64,000 nt of DNA, taken from the NCBI GenBank assembly GCA_044376225.1, contig JBILLF010000002.1:24192-88191 (forward strand), read 5' to 3'. Positions 52,066 through 61,637 of the stretch are shown one piece after another. The position numbers and the translations under genes were made by a program. This DNA comes from Patescibacteria group bacterium. Its GTDB lineage: Bacteria > Bacteroidota > Ignavibacteria > Kapaibacteriales > Kapaibacteriaceae. The notes under the pieces were generated by a model. It worked only from the letters and a program-made list of their open reading frames with translations. It was not told the origin of the DNA and searched no databases. Each line of letters starts with the position of its first letter. Position 1 is the stretch's first letter.

Positions 52066-54425
52066 TCACGGGATTTGAGAACGGCGATCATGTCAAGTCG
52101 GGCTATCCGACGACGGATAAACCCGCCGGTTACGAGCGCAACGGCGAGGATCAGTGCGGCACTGATGCCGAGGTTGCGCAGACTGATGGCAAAGGGAAAT
52201 CGAAACAGATCTGTAGCAATCAGCGAAGGCATCCACATCGACCACATGATGCCCCCTAGCATGCCGATCGGCAAAGCAACGAGCGTGATCACGAATTGTT
52301 CGCCCAATAGGATCACAGTAACGTCACGATTCGAGAAGCCAAGCACGCGCAGGCTTGCAAGTTCATTGCCCCGCTCGCTAAGTGCAATGCGTGCGTTGTT
52401 AAACACCACGCCGAAGGCGATGAGCGAGGCAAAGAACACAATGTAGAAATTTGAAATGTCCATGAATTGCAGATAGCTCTCATCGAAGCTACGCATGGCC
52501 CGCTCGCGCATCACCACACCTGACATTGACGGGAGCCTCTTGACGGCGCGGTAAAACTCCCCCATCAGTGCCGGATCGATCTGCAGGTATGCTCCACTGA
52601 TGCTCCCTTGCTCGCGCAGCATTGCACGCAGCACACCTGGTGAGACATAGACCTGCACGCCCATCATGTCGTCGATCAGTGACGTGACAGCCACCGTGAA
52701 TGATCGACGTTCTTCGTCGATCTGACGCAGCCCGATTGTGTCACCAATGCCAAACCCCATCATTTTGGCCATGTACGCCGAACAGGCCACACCGTAGGTT
52801 GGGACCGGCTGAGGCCACCCCTTCATCGACGTCACGCGATGGAGCTCCGGGTACTCAACACCGGCCACTATGGCGGTGCGCTTGGTGGTGGAGCCGACGA
52901 TCACATCCACAGGGATCGCACGAAAGGGTTCGACAGACATTACTCCAGGTAAAGCCGCCAGATCATGCACTGCCCGGTGCGAGCGCGGCGTCATGAATGT
53001 TACCATGGCATCCTCACGAGCAACGCGATGGAACTGTACCGTCAGAATTGTCTCAAACATTTCCATGAAGTAGCGTCCAAGAACAAGCAACGACATTGCC
53101 AGGGCGATCGCCAGTAGGCTCACCACCGCACGCACCGGCCGACGCAGCACGTTGCGAACGATCATCGACGTTAGGGGGCTGAAACGGCGTGTAAGACCGC
53201 TGCGTTCGAGCAGCCCGCCGCGATACGACCGCGGTGCTTCGGGTCGCATGGCCTCTGCCGGTGGCAACCGCACGATGGCTCGAACCGCCGCTATCGCGCC
53301 AAGTGAAGCCGCCAGAAGACTCAGCAGAATAGCGCCAAGGATCACGAGAACAGGTACGTCAAACTCCAGCACCGGTAGCCGGTAGAAGTCTAGGTACATC
53401 CTGACAAGCCTGACACCGATGAAAATGCCACCGGCCAGGCCCAGCACGGTGCCACCGGCTACGGCCACCACGGCAAAGCCCACGTAGTGTAGCGAGATAC
53501 GTCCATTGCCGTACCCAAATGCCTTGAGAATGGCGATCGTCGAACGCTGCGTAGTAACGAAACGTAGCAGCGAGATATTCAGCAGAAAGATCGCCACACC
53601 GAGAAAGATCGCCGGAACGATAAGGGCCGTGAGCGACAGCTGTCGGATCTCATCACTGAGGAACTTGTGCGACTGCTGATCGTCTCGCGCAATGGCACCG
53701 GTACTTCCATACGGACGAAGCAGCACATCAAGCCGGTCAATGATTCCTGTCTTTGACGCGCCCGGTACCAGGTCGAATGAAGCGCTGTTCCAGGCACCCG
53801 ACAAGTCATAGAGCGTACCAAGAGCCCCCTGCTCCATCCACATCACCGCAAATCGCTTGTTGTCGATCATCATCGAGCCCGGAACAAGCTCCAACACCCA
53901 TTCCGGAGAGAGTGCCGTGGCAACGATGCGAAGGGGCTTCCAGCGCCCATTGATCACGGCATTGACCGTGTCACCCTCATGAAATCCATTGGCCAGTGCA
54001 AAGGCGTAAGAGACGATCACTTCGTCATCAGTGTGGGGCGTGAGCCAGCGACCGGAGCGCAGGCTCAGCCGATTGACAGGGGGCTGACCTGATCCAGGGA
54101 TTCCGGTGATGATGCCCGTTGCCGGCTCTGCCAGACCAGGGATATCGATCACCACATTGGCCACAACACGAAGGTCGACGTTCGTTACGCCGCTGATCTG
54201 AGCCAGACGCGAGCGCAGCTCAAGTGGCGCCCGGCGCACCTGCGCCCAGACGTCACCAAAGTTCGTTTCGTCGTAGTAGGTGCGCTGCGACAGCACCAGC
54301 GAAGCATGCGTGCTTTGGAAGGCAACGTAATTGGCAATACCGGCGGCGATCACCAGAATGATGGCGATCATCTGGCCGCGCATGTGACGGACCTCGCGCA
54401 GGAGCTTGATGGTCAAAATCGACAC
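52062..54425 (-). CDS. ABC transporter permease with duplicated FtsX domains (YbbP/MacB-like, about 790-820 aa)
   Basis: Two FtsX-type 4-TM modules separated by large periplasmic domains. Start uncertain (GTG about 54425 or ATG 54383). It is 3' of the ATPase gene. Confidence 0.7.
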   Translation of the reverse strand: MSILTIKLLREVRHMRGQMIAIILVIAAGIANYVAFQSTHASLVLSQRTYYDETNFGDVWAQVRRAPLELRSRLAQISGVTNVDLRVVANVVIDIPGLAEPATGIITGIPGSGQPPVNRLSLRSGRWLTPHTDDEVIVSYAFALANGFHEGDTVNAVINGRWKPLRIVATALSPEWVLELVPGSMMIDNKRFAVMWMEQGALGTLYDLSGAWNSASFDLVPGASKTGIIDRLDVLLRPYGSTGAIARDDQQSHKFLSDEIRQLSLTALIVPAIFLGVAIFLLNISLLRFVTTQRSTIAILKAFGYGNGRISLHYVGFAVVAVAGGTVLGLAGGIFIGVRLVRMYLDFYRLPVLEFDVPVLVILGAILLSLLAASLGAIAAVRAIVRLPPAEAMRPEAPRSYRGGLLERSGLTRRFSPLTSMIVRNVLRRPVRAVVSLLAIALAMSLLVLGRYFMEMFETILTVQFHRVAREDAMVTFMTPRSHRAVHDLAALPGVMSVEPFRAIPVDVIVGSTTKRTAIVAGVEYPELHRVTSMKGWPQPVPTYGVACSAYMAKMMGFGIGDTIGLRQIDEERRSFTVAVTSLIDDMMGVQVYVSPGVLRAMLREQGSISGAYLQIDPALMGEFYRAVKRLPSMSGVVMRERAMRSFDESYLQFMDISNFYIVFFASLIAFGVVFNNARIALSERGNELASLRVLGFSNRDVTVILLGEQFVITLVALPIGMLGGIMWSMWMPSLIATDLFRFPFAISLRNLGISAALILAVALVTGGFIRRRIARLDMIAVLKSRE

Positions 54426-54429
54426 AGCA

Positions 54430-55155
54430 TCACCATGAGAGTTCACGGGGCTGCTTGCGCTGCGTCGGGGAATACTCCTGCACGATCGTACCACTGCGCA
54501 TACGCAGCACCCGGTCGGCCATGTCCGCAATACTAGCGTTGTGTGTGATCAGCGCTACCGTCGCGTCGAGTTCACGATGTACCAGGTCGATCACCTCCAG
54601 CACGATGATGCCTGTCTCGAAGTCCAATGCGCCCGTGGGCTCGTCACAGAGAAGAACGTCTGGACGTTTGGCAATGGCACGGGCGATGGCAACCCGCTGC
54701 TGCTCGCCCCCTGACATCTGAGACGGGAAGTGATGCATGCGGTCGGCCAAGCCCACGAGGTCAAGTGCCGTTCGTGCATCCATCGGCTCTTCAACGAGAT
54801 CGGTCACCAGCTGCACGTTCTCAAGTGCCGTCAGACTTGGGATGATGTTGTAGAACTGGAACACGAAGCCCACCGAGTGACGTCGGAACCTGGTCAGCGC
54901 TGCCTCATCAGCATGAGTCAGATCCGTCTCCCGATACCGAACGCTGCCGGATGTGGGCACATCGAGCCCACCGAGGATGTTCAGCAAGGTGGACTTACCA
55001 CTTCCCGAAGCACCGAGGATCACCAGGAGCTCGGACTCATGGATTGTCAGCGACACATCGCTAAGGGCTACAACCTCTAGCTCGCCCATCGAATAGGATT
55101 TCGTGACGTGGCTGACGTCAAAAAGGACAGGGCGGCCGGAGTGATCCTGATGCAT
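54430..55155 (-). CDS. ABC transporter ATP-binding protein (MacB/LolD/YbbA-like)
   Basis: Walker [10 protein letters not shown], signature [14 protein letters not shown] and Walker [12 protein letters not shown]. Confidence 0.9.
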   Translation of the reverse strand: MHQDHSGRPVLFDVSHVTKSYSMGELEVVALSDVSLTIHESELLVILGASGSGKSTLLNILGGLDVPTSGSVRYRETDLTHADEAALTRFRRHSVGFVFQFYNIIPSLTALENVQLVTDLVEEPMDARTALDLVGLADRMHHFPSQMSGGEQQRVAIARAIAKRPDVLLCDEPTGALDFETGIIVLEVIDLVHRELDATVALITHNASIADMADRVLRMRSGTIVQEYSPTQRKQPRELSW

Positions 55156-55182
55156 ACTATTCCGTCCATGCCACCCAGGGGC

Positions 55183-55962
55183 CTACATCGAGTGAATCTG
55201 CACGTCACCATGATGGTCGATGGCCACATAGGTCGATGGCTTATCGGTCCAGCATCCGGAGTTGACGTACGTGACATCATCGATTTGCTTGATCCCGGGC
55301 ATGTGCGTGTGACCGCAATGAACCACCTGAGCCTGATGCCTGCGGCGTCCATGTCCAGCTGCATCGTGTGCAATCTTGTCGCTCAGGCGCAGCCACTTCT
55401 TGCTGGTGCGCTTTACCCAGCGGCTCACGCGGTGGTGCGGATCGATGCGCTGCAGCAGCAGATACAGCCATGAGGCGATGGCCGTGATGGTCACATGTTT
55501 GGTGATCCATCGGTCAAACTGGTGTCCATGAATGGCCAGATGACGCTTGCCCGCAACCGTAAAGACGATCTCTTCATGCACCGGTACTCCCAGAAGGTGC
55601 GTCAGGATCTCGGCCACACCACCGTCATGATTGCCCACCACCCAGACCACGTCTACGCCCCGACGTGGATTTGACAGACGTCGCAACAGCGACAGAACCT
55701 TCCAGTCATCCTTGGTAAGACGCCTGAAGTTGAGATCGTCAAAGACATCGCCGTTGAGGATCAGGCGTTTGTAGATGTGCGTCTTGAGCATCATCACCAG
55801 CGCCTTTGAGCGGGCAACATCCGAACCCAGGTGCAGGTCGGAGATGATGATGGTGTCCACGTCAAGAGGCACGGCAAGATGAAGGTCAATCCGCTCGCGC
55901 TCACTGACCTCGACGTCTACGATGATATCATCATCGATGTCATAGTCGGCGACGGAACGCAT
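55183..55962 (-). CDS. calcineurin-like metallophosphoesterase (LpxH-like UDP-2,3-diacylglucosamine diphosphatase family)
   Basis: IISDLHLG, GDVFD and GNHD are metallophosphoesterase motifs I-III. Start uncertain (55962 or 55998). Confidence 0.6.
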   Translation of the reverse strand: MRSVADYDIDDDIIVDVEVSERERIDLHLAVPLDVDTIIISDLHLGSDVARSKALVMMLKTHIYKRLILNGDVFDDLNFRRLTKDDWKVLSLLRRLSNPRRGVDVVWVVGNHDGGVAEILTHLLGVPVHEEIVFTVAGKRHLAIHGHQFDRWITKHVTITAIASWLYLLLQRIDPHHRVSRWVKRTSKKWLRLSDKIAHDAAGHGRRRHQAQVVHCGHTHMPGIKQIDDVTYVNSGCWTDKPSTYVAIDHHGDVQIHSM

Positions 55963-56704
55963 GGATGTGCTGTCGGAAATATCCCGTGGGGAAGTCATCA
56001 TGGAGTCCGTATCGAGTAGGCTTTTCCGTTTCTGGTAAATAGGCAGTAGCAAACAGCCAGTCCCAGATGGCAAGCTTGGTCGAGAAGTTGCGATTATGCG
56101 AACGGGGATCGTCGGCATGGTGCCAGCGGTGCATCTCCGGACCGTTGATCACGCGTTGCAGACGTCCCGTGCGCACGTCAATATTCGAATGGATGTACAT
56201 GCCCCAAATGGCATCAATGGCCCCCTTTATCACGGCTACCTCCGGTGAGGCCAGCAGCACGATCGGGAGGAACTCTACCGTCTGGTTGATGAGGATCTCA
56301 AGACTGTGCGAGCGTGATCCGCTAAGCCAGTCCACATCGGTGGTTGAATGATGAGCCTCGTGAATTCGCCACAGCAGTGCATTCGAGTGTTGCCAGCGAT
56401 GGAACCAGTAGATGTAAAAGTCGTGCACCAGAAGAAACACCACCATCTGCGCCGCCAGTGGCTGCGAGCGCAGAAACACAAGGCGGCTCAGGCCGCTCTG
56501 CTGGTCAATCCAGCCGATGAGGGCAAAGATCACCAGACCCAGCACGTAGCTCTGGGCGATGGCGTACAGGCCCAGATCGGTCATGAACCCACTCCTGAAA
56601 AGGGGCTGACCCGACGTGTAGGGAAACAGCCGTTCAAGGACGACCAGCAGGCCCCCTGCTAGGATCACCATCGTGGTGCAGACTATTGCCAGCGACAGCT
56701 CCAT
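55940..56704 (-). CDS. fatty acid hydroxylase superfamily integral-membrane di-iron enzyme (sterol-desaturase-like)
   Basis: Multiple TM segments plus three histidine boxes (HRWQH, HEAHH, HRWHH). Confidence 0.7.
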   Translation of the reverse strand: MELSLAIVCTTMVILAGGLLVVLERLFPYTSGQPLFRSGFMTDLGLYAIAQSYVLGLVIFALIGWIDQQSGLSRLVFLRSQPLAAQMVVFLLVHDFYIYWFHRWQHSNALLWRIHEAHHSTTDVDWLSGSRSHSLEILINQTVEFLPIVLLASPEVAVIKGAIDAIWGMYIHSNIDVRTGRLQRVINGPEMHRWHHADDPRSHNRNFSTKLAIWDWLFATAYLPETEKPTRYGLHDDFPTGYFRQHIHAFRRRL

Positions 56705-56707
56705 ACC

Positions 56708-57607
56708 TTAGGCTTCTCCTCGGACCGATGACGAAACACGACGAAGCTTCGACCGCACGCCCAGCTCACTGTCATACAGGCGCTTGACACCGTCGCCCAG
56801 TGAGCGCTCGATCTCGCGGATATCGCGAATCATGCGCTCGAGTCCGGCAATCTCTACGCTGGCGGCTTGGTCAGTTCCCCACATAGCCCGGTCGAGAGTG
56901 ATATGTCGCTCAACGAACCGCGCACCGAGGGCAACGGCGGCATACGTCGTAGCAAGCCCCACCTCGTGCCCGCTATAGCCGATGATGCGGTTCGGGTAGC
57001 GAGCCTGTAGGGTATTGATCATCCGGAGGTTGAGTTCATCCGAGGCACAGGGATAGGCCGAAGTTGCGTGGGCGATCAGCAGGTTCGCATCGGTCAGTGA
57101 TTCGACAGCCTGATCGATTTCCTCCGTCGTGGACATGCCGGTGGAGATCATCAGCGGCTTGCCTGTTGATGCCATGACACGAAGTAGTCCAAGGTCAGTT
57201 AGTGATGCCGATGCTGCCTTGTAAAAAGGCACATCAAAGTTTGCCTCCATAAAGGCCAGCGCCTCCTCATCCCAGCATGACACAGTCCAGTCGATACCAA
57301 GATCCCGGCACAGTGCGTCAATAAGGCGATAGTCCTCTTCGTCGAATTCCACCTTGTAGCGATAGTCGATGTAGGTCATGCGTCCCCACGGCGTGTCACG
57401 CTCGATCATCCATTGATCACGCGGCACACACAGCTCCGGGGTACGCTTCTGAAACTTCACACAAGACGCGCCGACGCGTGCCGCGCCGCGAATCATCTCA
57501 CGGGCGATATCAAGAGATCCGTTATGGTTGATGCCAATCTCGGCGATGACATAGACTGGCTGATCTGCGCCAATGGCTGGCTTGGTCGTCGATGGTTGAA
57601 TGCTCAT
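56708..57607 (-). CDS. NeuB-family PEP-condensing synthase (sialic/ulosonic acid synthase-like), short form lacking a C-terminal SAF domain
   Basis: VYVIAEIGINHNGSLDIAREMIRGAARVGASCVKFQ is the NeuB TIM-barrel N-terminal signature. At 299 aa it lacks the C-terminal antifreeze-like domain. Confidence 0.65.
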   Translation of the reverse strand: MSIQPSTTKPAIGADQPVYVIAEIGINHNGSLDIAREMIRGAARVGASCVKFQKRTPELCVPRDQWMIERDTPWGRMTYIDYRYKVEFDEEDYRLIDALCRDLGIDWTVSCWDEEALAFMEANFDVPFYKAASASLTDLGLLRVMASTGKPLMISTGMSTTEEIDQAVESLTDANLLIAHATSAYPCASDELNLRMINTLQARYPNRIIGYSGHEVGLATTYAAVALGARFVERHITLDRAMWGTDQAASVEIAGLERMIRDIREIERSLGDGVKRLYDSELGVRSKLRRVSSSVRGEA

Positions 57608-57684
57608 GCGAAGCTCCCTGAAAGATGATTGGTTCCCATCATGAATGCTGTAGAGTCGTCAGGTCAATTGCCGGTTGGCGCAGG

Positions 57685-58494
57685 TCACCAGGCCGTCCAG
57701 CCGCCGTCGACAAGAAGATTGTGTCCGGTCATGTAGGCCGAGGCATCGCTGGCAAGAAACACGAGCGCACCGCGATAGTCCGTTGGGTCAGCCATGCGTC
57801 CAAGCGGCGTGCGCTCGGAATAGAGTTTCTGGAAATGCTCGTTCTGATTGTTGGCCACACCGCCCGGTGAGAGCGTATTGGCACGTACACCTGACCCAGC
57901 CCAGTATGTAGCCAGAAACTTGGTCAGCATCACTACCGCCCCCTTCGAGGCTGGATAGGCAGCACTCTTGTAGAACGACTGTGAGCCATCGGGACGCTGG
58001 TAGAGCCGCTGATCTGGGGCCACAACGCCGTAGGTCGAGGCGATGTTGATGATCGAGCCTCTTCTGGTCTCGGCCATATGCGTGCCGATGATCTGGCTTG
58101 TCAGGAACACTCCGGTGACGTTGACATCAAGCACCTTGCGAAACAGCGTCAGCGGATAGCTCTCAAAGGCCGACGGTGCGCCCCCGGAAAGGGGTGCTTC
58201 GACCATGTCATTCATGGCGGCATTATTGACCAGAATATCAATGTGTCCATGTTCGCGCAGGACCATCTCGCGTAGATCGACAATTCCCTCGGCATCGGTA
58301 ACATCGAGTGCAACACCCATGTGGTGAGCACCCAGTTCCTGCGCCACGTCGCGAGCCGCATGACCATCGAGGTCACAGGCCACAACCGTTGCACCGGCAG
58401 CGGCGAGAGCCACGCAGTGCTGACGTCCCAATAGACCCGCTGCACCAGTGACCACCGCTACGCGGTCTTCAAGCGAAAAGATGTTTTGCATCAC
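57685..58494 (-). CDS. short-chain dehydrogenase/reductase (SDR)
   Basis: VVTGAAGLLG (TGxxxGxG), NNAA, and catalytic YxxxK (YPASK). Confidence 0.8.
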   Translation of the reverse strand: MMQNIFSLEDRVAVVTGAAGLLGRQHCVALAAAGATVVACDLDGHAARDVAQELGAHHMGVALDVTDAEGIVDLREMVLREHGHIDILVNNAAMNDMVEAPLSGGAPSAFESYPLTLFRKVLDVNVTGVFLTSQIIGTHMAETRRGSIINIASTYGVVAPDQRLYQRPDGSQSFYKSAAYPASKGAVVMLTKFLATYWAGSGVRANTLSPGGVANNQNEHFQKLYSERTPLGRMADPTDYRGALVFLASDASAYMTGHNLLVDGGWTAW

Positions 58495-59822
58495 TTGTGC
58501 TCCATCGCAACACGCGGCTTAGTGTTGAAGGCACCCGTCTTGCGGAATACCGGCTCAACGCATCGGCCGCGCAGTGCCAATGGCAGTGTTCCCATGCGGA
58601 TGTGTTCATGTAGCATCGGCAATACGTCGGCATAGACATCAAGCGTGAACTCGATGTCTGCAAGCGTGTGTGCCGCACTCAGCGTGTGAAAGCCATTCCA
58701 TAGAATTCCGTACCGGAGCAGTTCCTGCTGCACAAACGAACGCATCATCAGCGGGTCCGCAGACGCGTCCGAAAAGGCCATCATTGTGCGGGCCCCAAGC
58801 CCCTTGACCGTGGCGTAACTCATGTCGTTGGAGGCAAGGATCAAGCGAATACCCTCGCGGAGTTCATCACCCAATAGCTCCATTCGCTGCAGAACCTCAC
58901 CATCGAGCAGGCGGTGTAACGTGGCCTTGGCAGCGGCAAGTGATAGTGCTTCGCCACCGAAGGTCGTAAAGAAGAATACATCCTTCTCGAGCAGACGCAT
59001 GATCTCGGCCTTGCCCGTCAGCACTGATAGCGGCATGCCATTGGCAACGGCCTTTGAGAAGCAGGCAAGGTCAGCCTGAACGCCAAATCGCATCTGCGCA
59101 CCGCCCGGAGAGATCCGAAAGCCAGTCCACATTTCGTCGAAGATCAAGACGATACCACGCTGATTGCAGAGTTCGCGCAGCTCCTGAAGGAAGTCCTCCT
59201 TCGGTTCGTCAAAGACCATCGGCTCAAGGATGATTGCCGCTGTATCAGAATCGAGCGCATCATAGACGCTCTGCATGTCGTTATAGCTGAAGGTGTAGGT
59301 CAGGTCTCGCACAGCCTGTGGGATTCCCATGGCGCGGTCCGTGGTGGCGATGTACCAGTCGTGCCAGCCATGATACCCGCAGCACAGCACCGTAGAACGT
59401 CCTGTATAGGCACGAGCCAATCGCACCGCAGCCGATGTGACATCGCATCCTGTCTTGGAAAAGCGCACATGCTCGGCATTGGGAACAATACCATGGATAA
59501 GCTCGGCAACTTCTACTTCCAGTGGGTGCATCAGCGAAAACGTTATGCCGTCATGAAGCTGCTGCTCGATGGCCCGATTGACGCCGGCATCGGCATAGCC
59601 AAGAATGAGCGGACCGATCGCCATGGCGTAATCGAGGTAACGGTTATCGTCAACATCCCAGAGGTAAGCCCCCTTTCCGCGTTGGGCAAAGACAGGCGCT
59701 ACGCCGCGCACGTGCTGACCAGGTCCTTTGGCGAGGGTCTGCGTCTGTGCCGGGATGAGTCGCTCGGCTCGCTTAAGAAGCTCTTGGGATCGCTGGATCG
59801 GTGGATATGTTGGCTCACGCAT
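58491..59822 (-). CDS. class III PLP aminotransferase (glutamate-1-semialdehyde aminomutase-like)
   Basis: GSA-AT-like fold with the PLP lysine in the FSKAVANGMP context. The length (about 440 aa) fits. It overlaps the flanking genes by 4-8 nt. Confidence 0.7.
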   Translation of the reverse strand: MREPTYPPIQRSQELLKRAERLIPAQTQTLAKGPGQHVRGVAPVFAQRGKGAYLWDVDDNRYLDYAMAIGPLILGYADAGVNRAIEQQLHDGITFSLMHPLEVEVAELIHGIVPNAEHVRFSKTGCDVTSAAVRLARAYTGRSTVLCCGYHGWHDWYIATTDRAMGIPQAVRDLTYTFSYNDMQSVYDALDSDTAAIILEPMVFDEPKEDFLQELRELCNQRGIVLIFDEMWTGFRISPGGAQMRFGVQADLACFSKAVANGMPLSVLTGKAEIMRLLEKDVFFFTTFGGEALSLAAAKATLHRLLDGEVLQRMELLGDELREGIRLILASNDMSYATVKGLGARTMMAFSDASADPLMMRSFVQQELLRYGILWNGFHTLSAAHTLADIEFTLDVYADVLPMLHEHIRMGTLPLALRGRCVEPVFRKTGAFNTKPRVAMEHK

Positions 59823-60783
59823 GGGTAACCTCGCTTTGTGGTGAAAGGGGCTGGCTGACGCCATGAACGATATCGGCAAAGCGCTCGCGGATGCGATGAG
59901 CCAGTGCCGGGGCGCTCATGCGCTCATTCTCAAGCACGTCGTTAAGACGTCCAGGCCGGAACCACGTCGGAAAGCCAATAGTCAGCACCGGCGCAGCAAT
60001 ACGATTCGCCATGAGCGTCTCGGCAACGATGCTGGCAAGGCCCCCTGTGAGAAAATGATCTTCGACGGTAACAACGAGCTCGCTTGTTCGGGCGGCGTCG
60101 AGGATTGCTTCAACGTCAACGGGCTTGAGCGTGCGCATATTCACTACGCGCACATGCATGTCTTCCCTACGGAGCTCGTCGGCCGCTTCGATACACAGCC
60201 TTGTCATGAAGCCATACGTAAGGATCGTTACGTTCGGGCGGTGCAGCGAAGCACCACGAACAGCCACTGCCCTACCGGGCTCGAATGGCACTCTGTCGAT
60301 CGGCAGCTCCGGAGCATTGAGATAGCGGACGTACCAGGGACGACGGGATTCGAGCAGCACGCGCATACCATCGACAAACTCCTGTTCGTCGCAGGGACAG
60401 AACACACCTACGTTCGGCAGGCCTCGCATGATCGATACGTCCTCAATAGCCTGGTGAGTGGGACCATTACCGTCACTGAGAATGCCTGCAACCATGCCCA
60501 CCATGATCACCGGGGCGTTGGCAATAGCTACATCATCGCGGATGAATTCAAAGGCTCTCATCGTGATGAAGGCCGCCAGCGCATGCGTCACCACGACCCG
60601 ACCGCGCACGGCCATTCCGGCTGCCATGCCGATCATTGTTTGCTCAGCAATACCGACGTCTATAAATCGGTCGCCCAGCATCGGCGGTACAGTTCGCATA
60701 TGTCCACGGTTTTCGGCCGTGATCACCACGAGGCGCTCATCGCGCGATGCTGTATCTAGGAGCAGAGTTTCGTAAGCGTTCAT
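59815..60783 (-). CDS. transketolase, C-terminal (pyrimidine-binding) subunit of a split transketolase
   Basis: GIAEQTMIGMAAGMA...GPTHQ are motifs of the transketolase Pyr and C-terminal domains. It is a separate ORF immediately after the N-terminal subunit. Confidence 0.75.
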   Translation of the reverse strand: MNAYETLLLDTASRDERLVVITAENRGHMRTVPPMLGDRFIDVGIAEQTMIGMAAGMAVRGRVVVTHALAAFITMRAFEFIRDDVAIANAPVIMVGMVAGILSDGNGPTHQAIEDVSIMRGLPNVGVFCPCDEQEFVDGMRVLLESRRPWYVRYLNAPELPIDRVPFEPGRAVAVRGASLHRPNVTILTYGFMTRLCIEAADELRREDMHVRVVNMRTLKPVDVEAILDAARTSELVVTVEDHFLTGGLASIVAETLMANRIAAPVLTIGFPTWFRPGRLNDVLENERMSAPALAHRIRERFADIVHGVSQPLSPQSEVTHA

Positions 60784-61637
60784 CGTACGATCAAGGTTTC
60801 TGAGGTGAGTGTTGCACGCGCATGGCCATTGAGCTCTTCGATGAGAGCCTGTGTCTCTTCGGCACTGAAGTTGCAGAACCAGCGGTCGGCTCTCTCTTCG
60901 ATACTTGGCAGCCCCTTACCGCGACGTGTATCGGCAATGACCACGGTGGGACTTCCCGAGTTCAGTTGCAACGAGCTGAAGCACGCGTCAAGCGAATTCA
61001 TATCATGGCCATTGGCGTAAACAGCATTCCAGCCGAAGGCCCGAAACTTCTCGGGAAGGGGCTCAAGCGGCACCAGCTCTTCGGTGCGCACATTTGCCTG
61101 GAAGTGATTACGATCTATCACGGCGATGAGATTGTCCAGACTCAGCGCCGAGGCTACCAGACAGGCCTCCCAGACGCTTCCCTCGTTGAGTTCACCATCG
61201 CCCATAATGACCACAACGCGTGTCGATAGGCCCTTCATCCGAGCATCAAGGGCCATTCCCATACCGACGCTGAGAAGATGACCCAGCGAGCCGGAGTGAA
61301 ACTCCACCCCCGAAACATTGCGGTTTGGATGCCAATAGAGATCGTCGTTCACCGAAAGGTGGTGCTTAAGCCGTTCTTTGCTGATGAAGCCTCGCTCGGC
61401 CAGCACACCATAGAGAGCCGGCACGTCGTGCCCCTTGGAGAGTAGCAGAATGTCGCGGTCTTCGGCGTGCACTGTCAGCGGCGAGATGTTCAGGAAGCGC
61501 CAGTACAGGTATACGAGCAGATCCGCGCACGACAGAGACGCTCCAATGAAGCAGCCGCCGTCGGTGGACATCCGCACGATGTGCTCGCGCACACGAAGGG
61601 CGGCGCTTTGGAGTTCTTCGACCTCGGCAGACGTCAT
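60780..61637 (-). CDS. transketolase, N-terminal (thiamine-diphosphate-binding) subunit
   Basis: SKGHDVPALYGVL...GSLGHLLSVGMGMAL...VIMGDGELNEGSVWEA is the ThDP-binding motif. Confidence 0.75.
   Translation of the reverse strand: MTSAEVEELQSAALRVREHIVRMSTDGGCFIGASLSCADLLVYLYWRFLNISPLTVHAEDRDILLLSKGHDVPALYGVLAERGFISKERLKHHLSVNDDLYWHPNRNVSGVEFHSGSLGHLLSVGMGMALDARMKGLSTRVVVIMGDGELNEGSVWEACLVASALSLDNLIAVIDRNHFQANVRTEELVPLEPLPEKFRAFGWNAVYANGHDMNSLDACFSSLQLNSGSPTVVIADTRRGKGLPSIEERADRWFCNFSAEETQALIEELNGHARATLTSETLIVR

Noticed and set aside
59863-60759. 298-aa plus-strand ORF antisense to the transketolase C-subunit
   Set aside because: His/Arg-rich shadow frame; transketolase motifs are on the minus strand.
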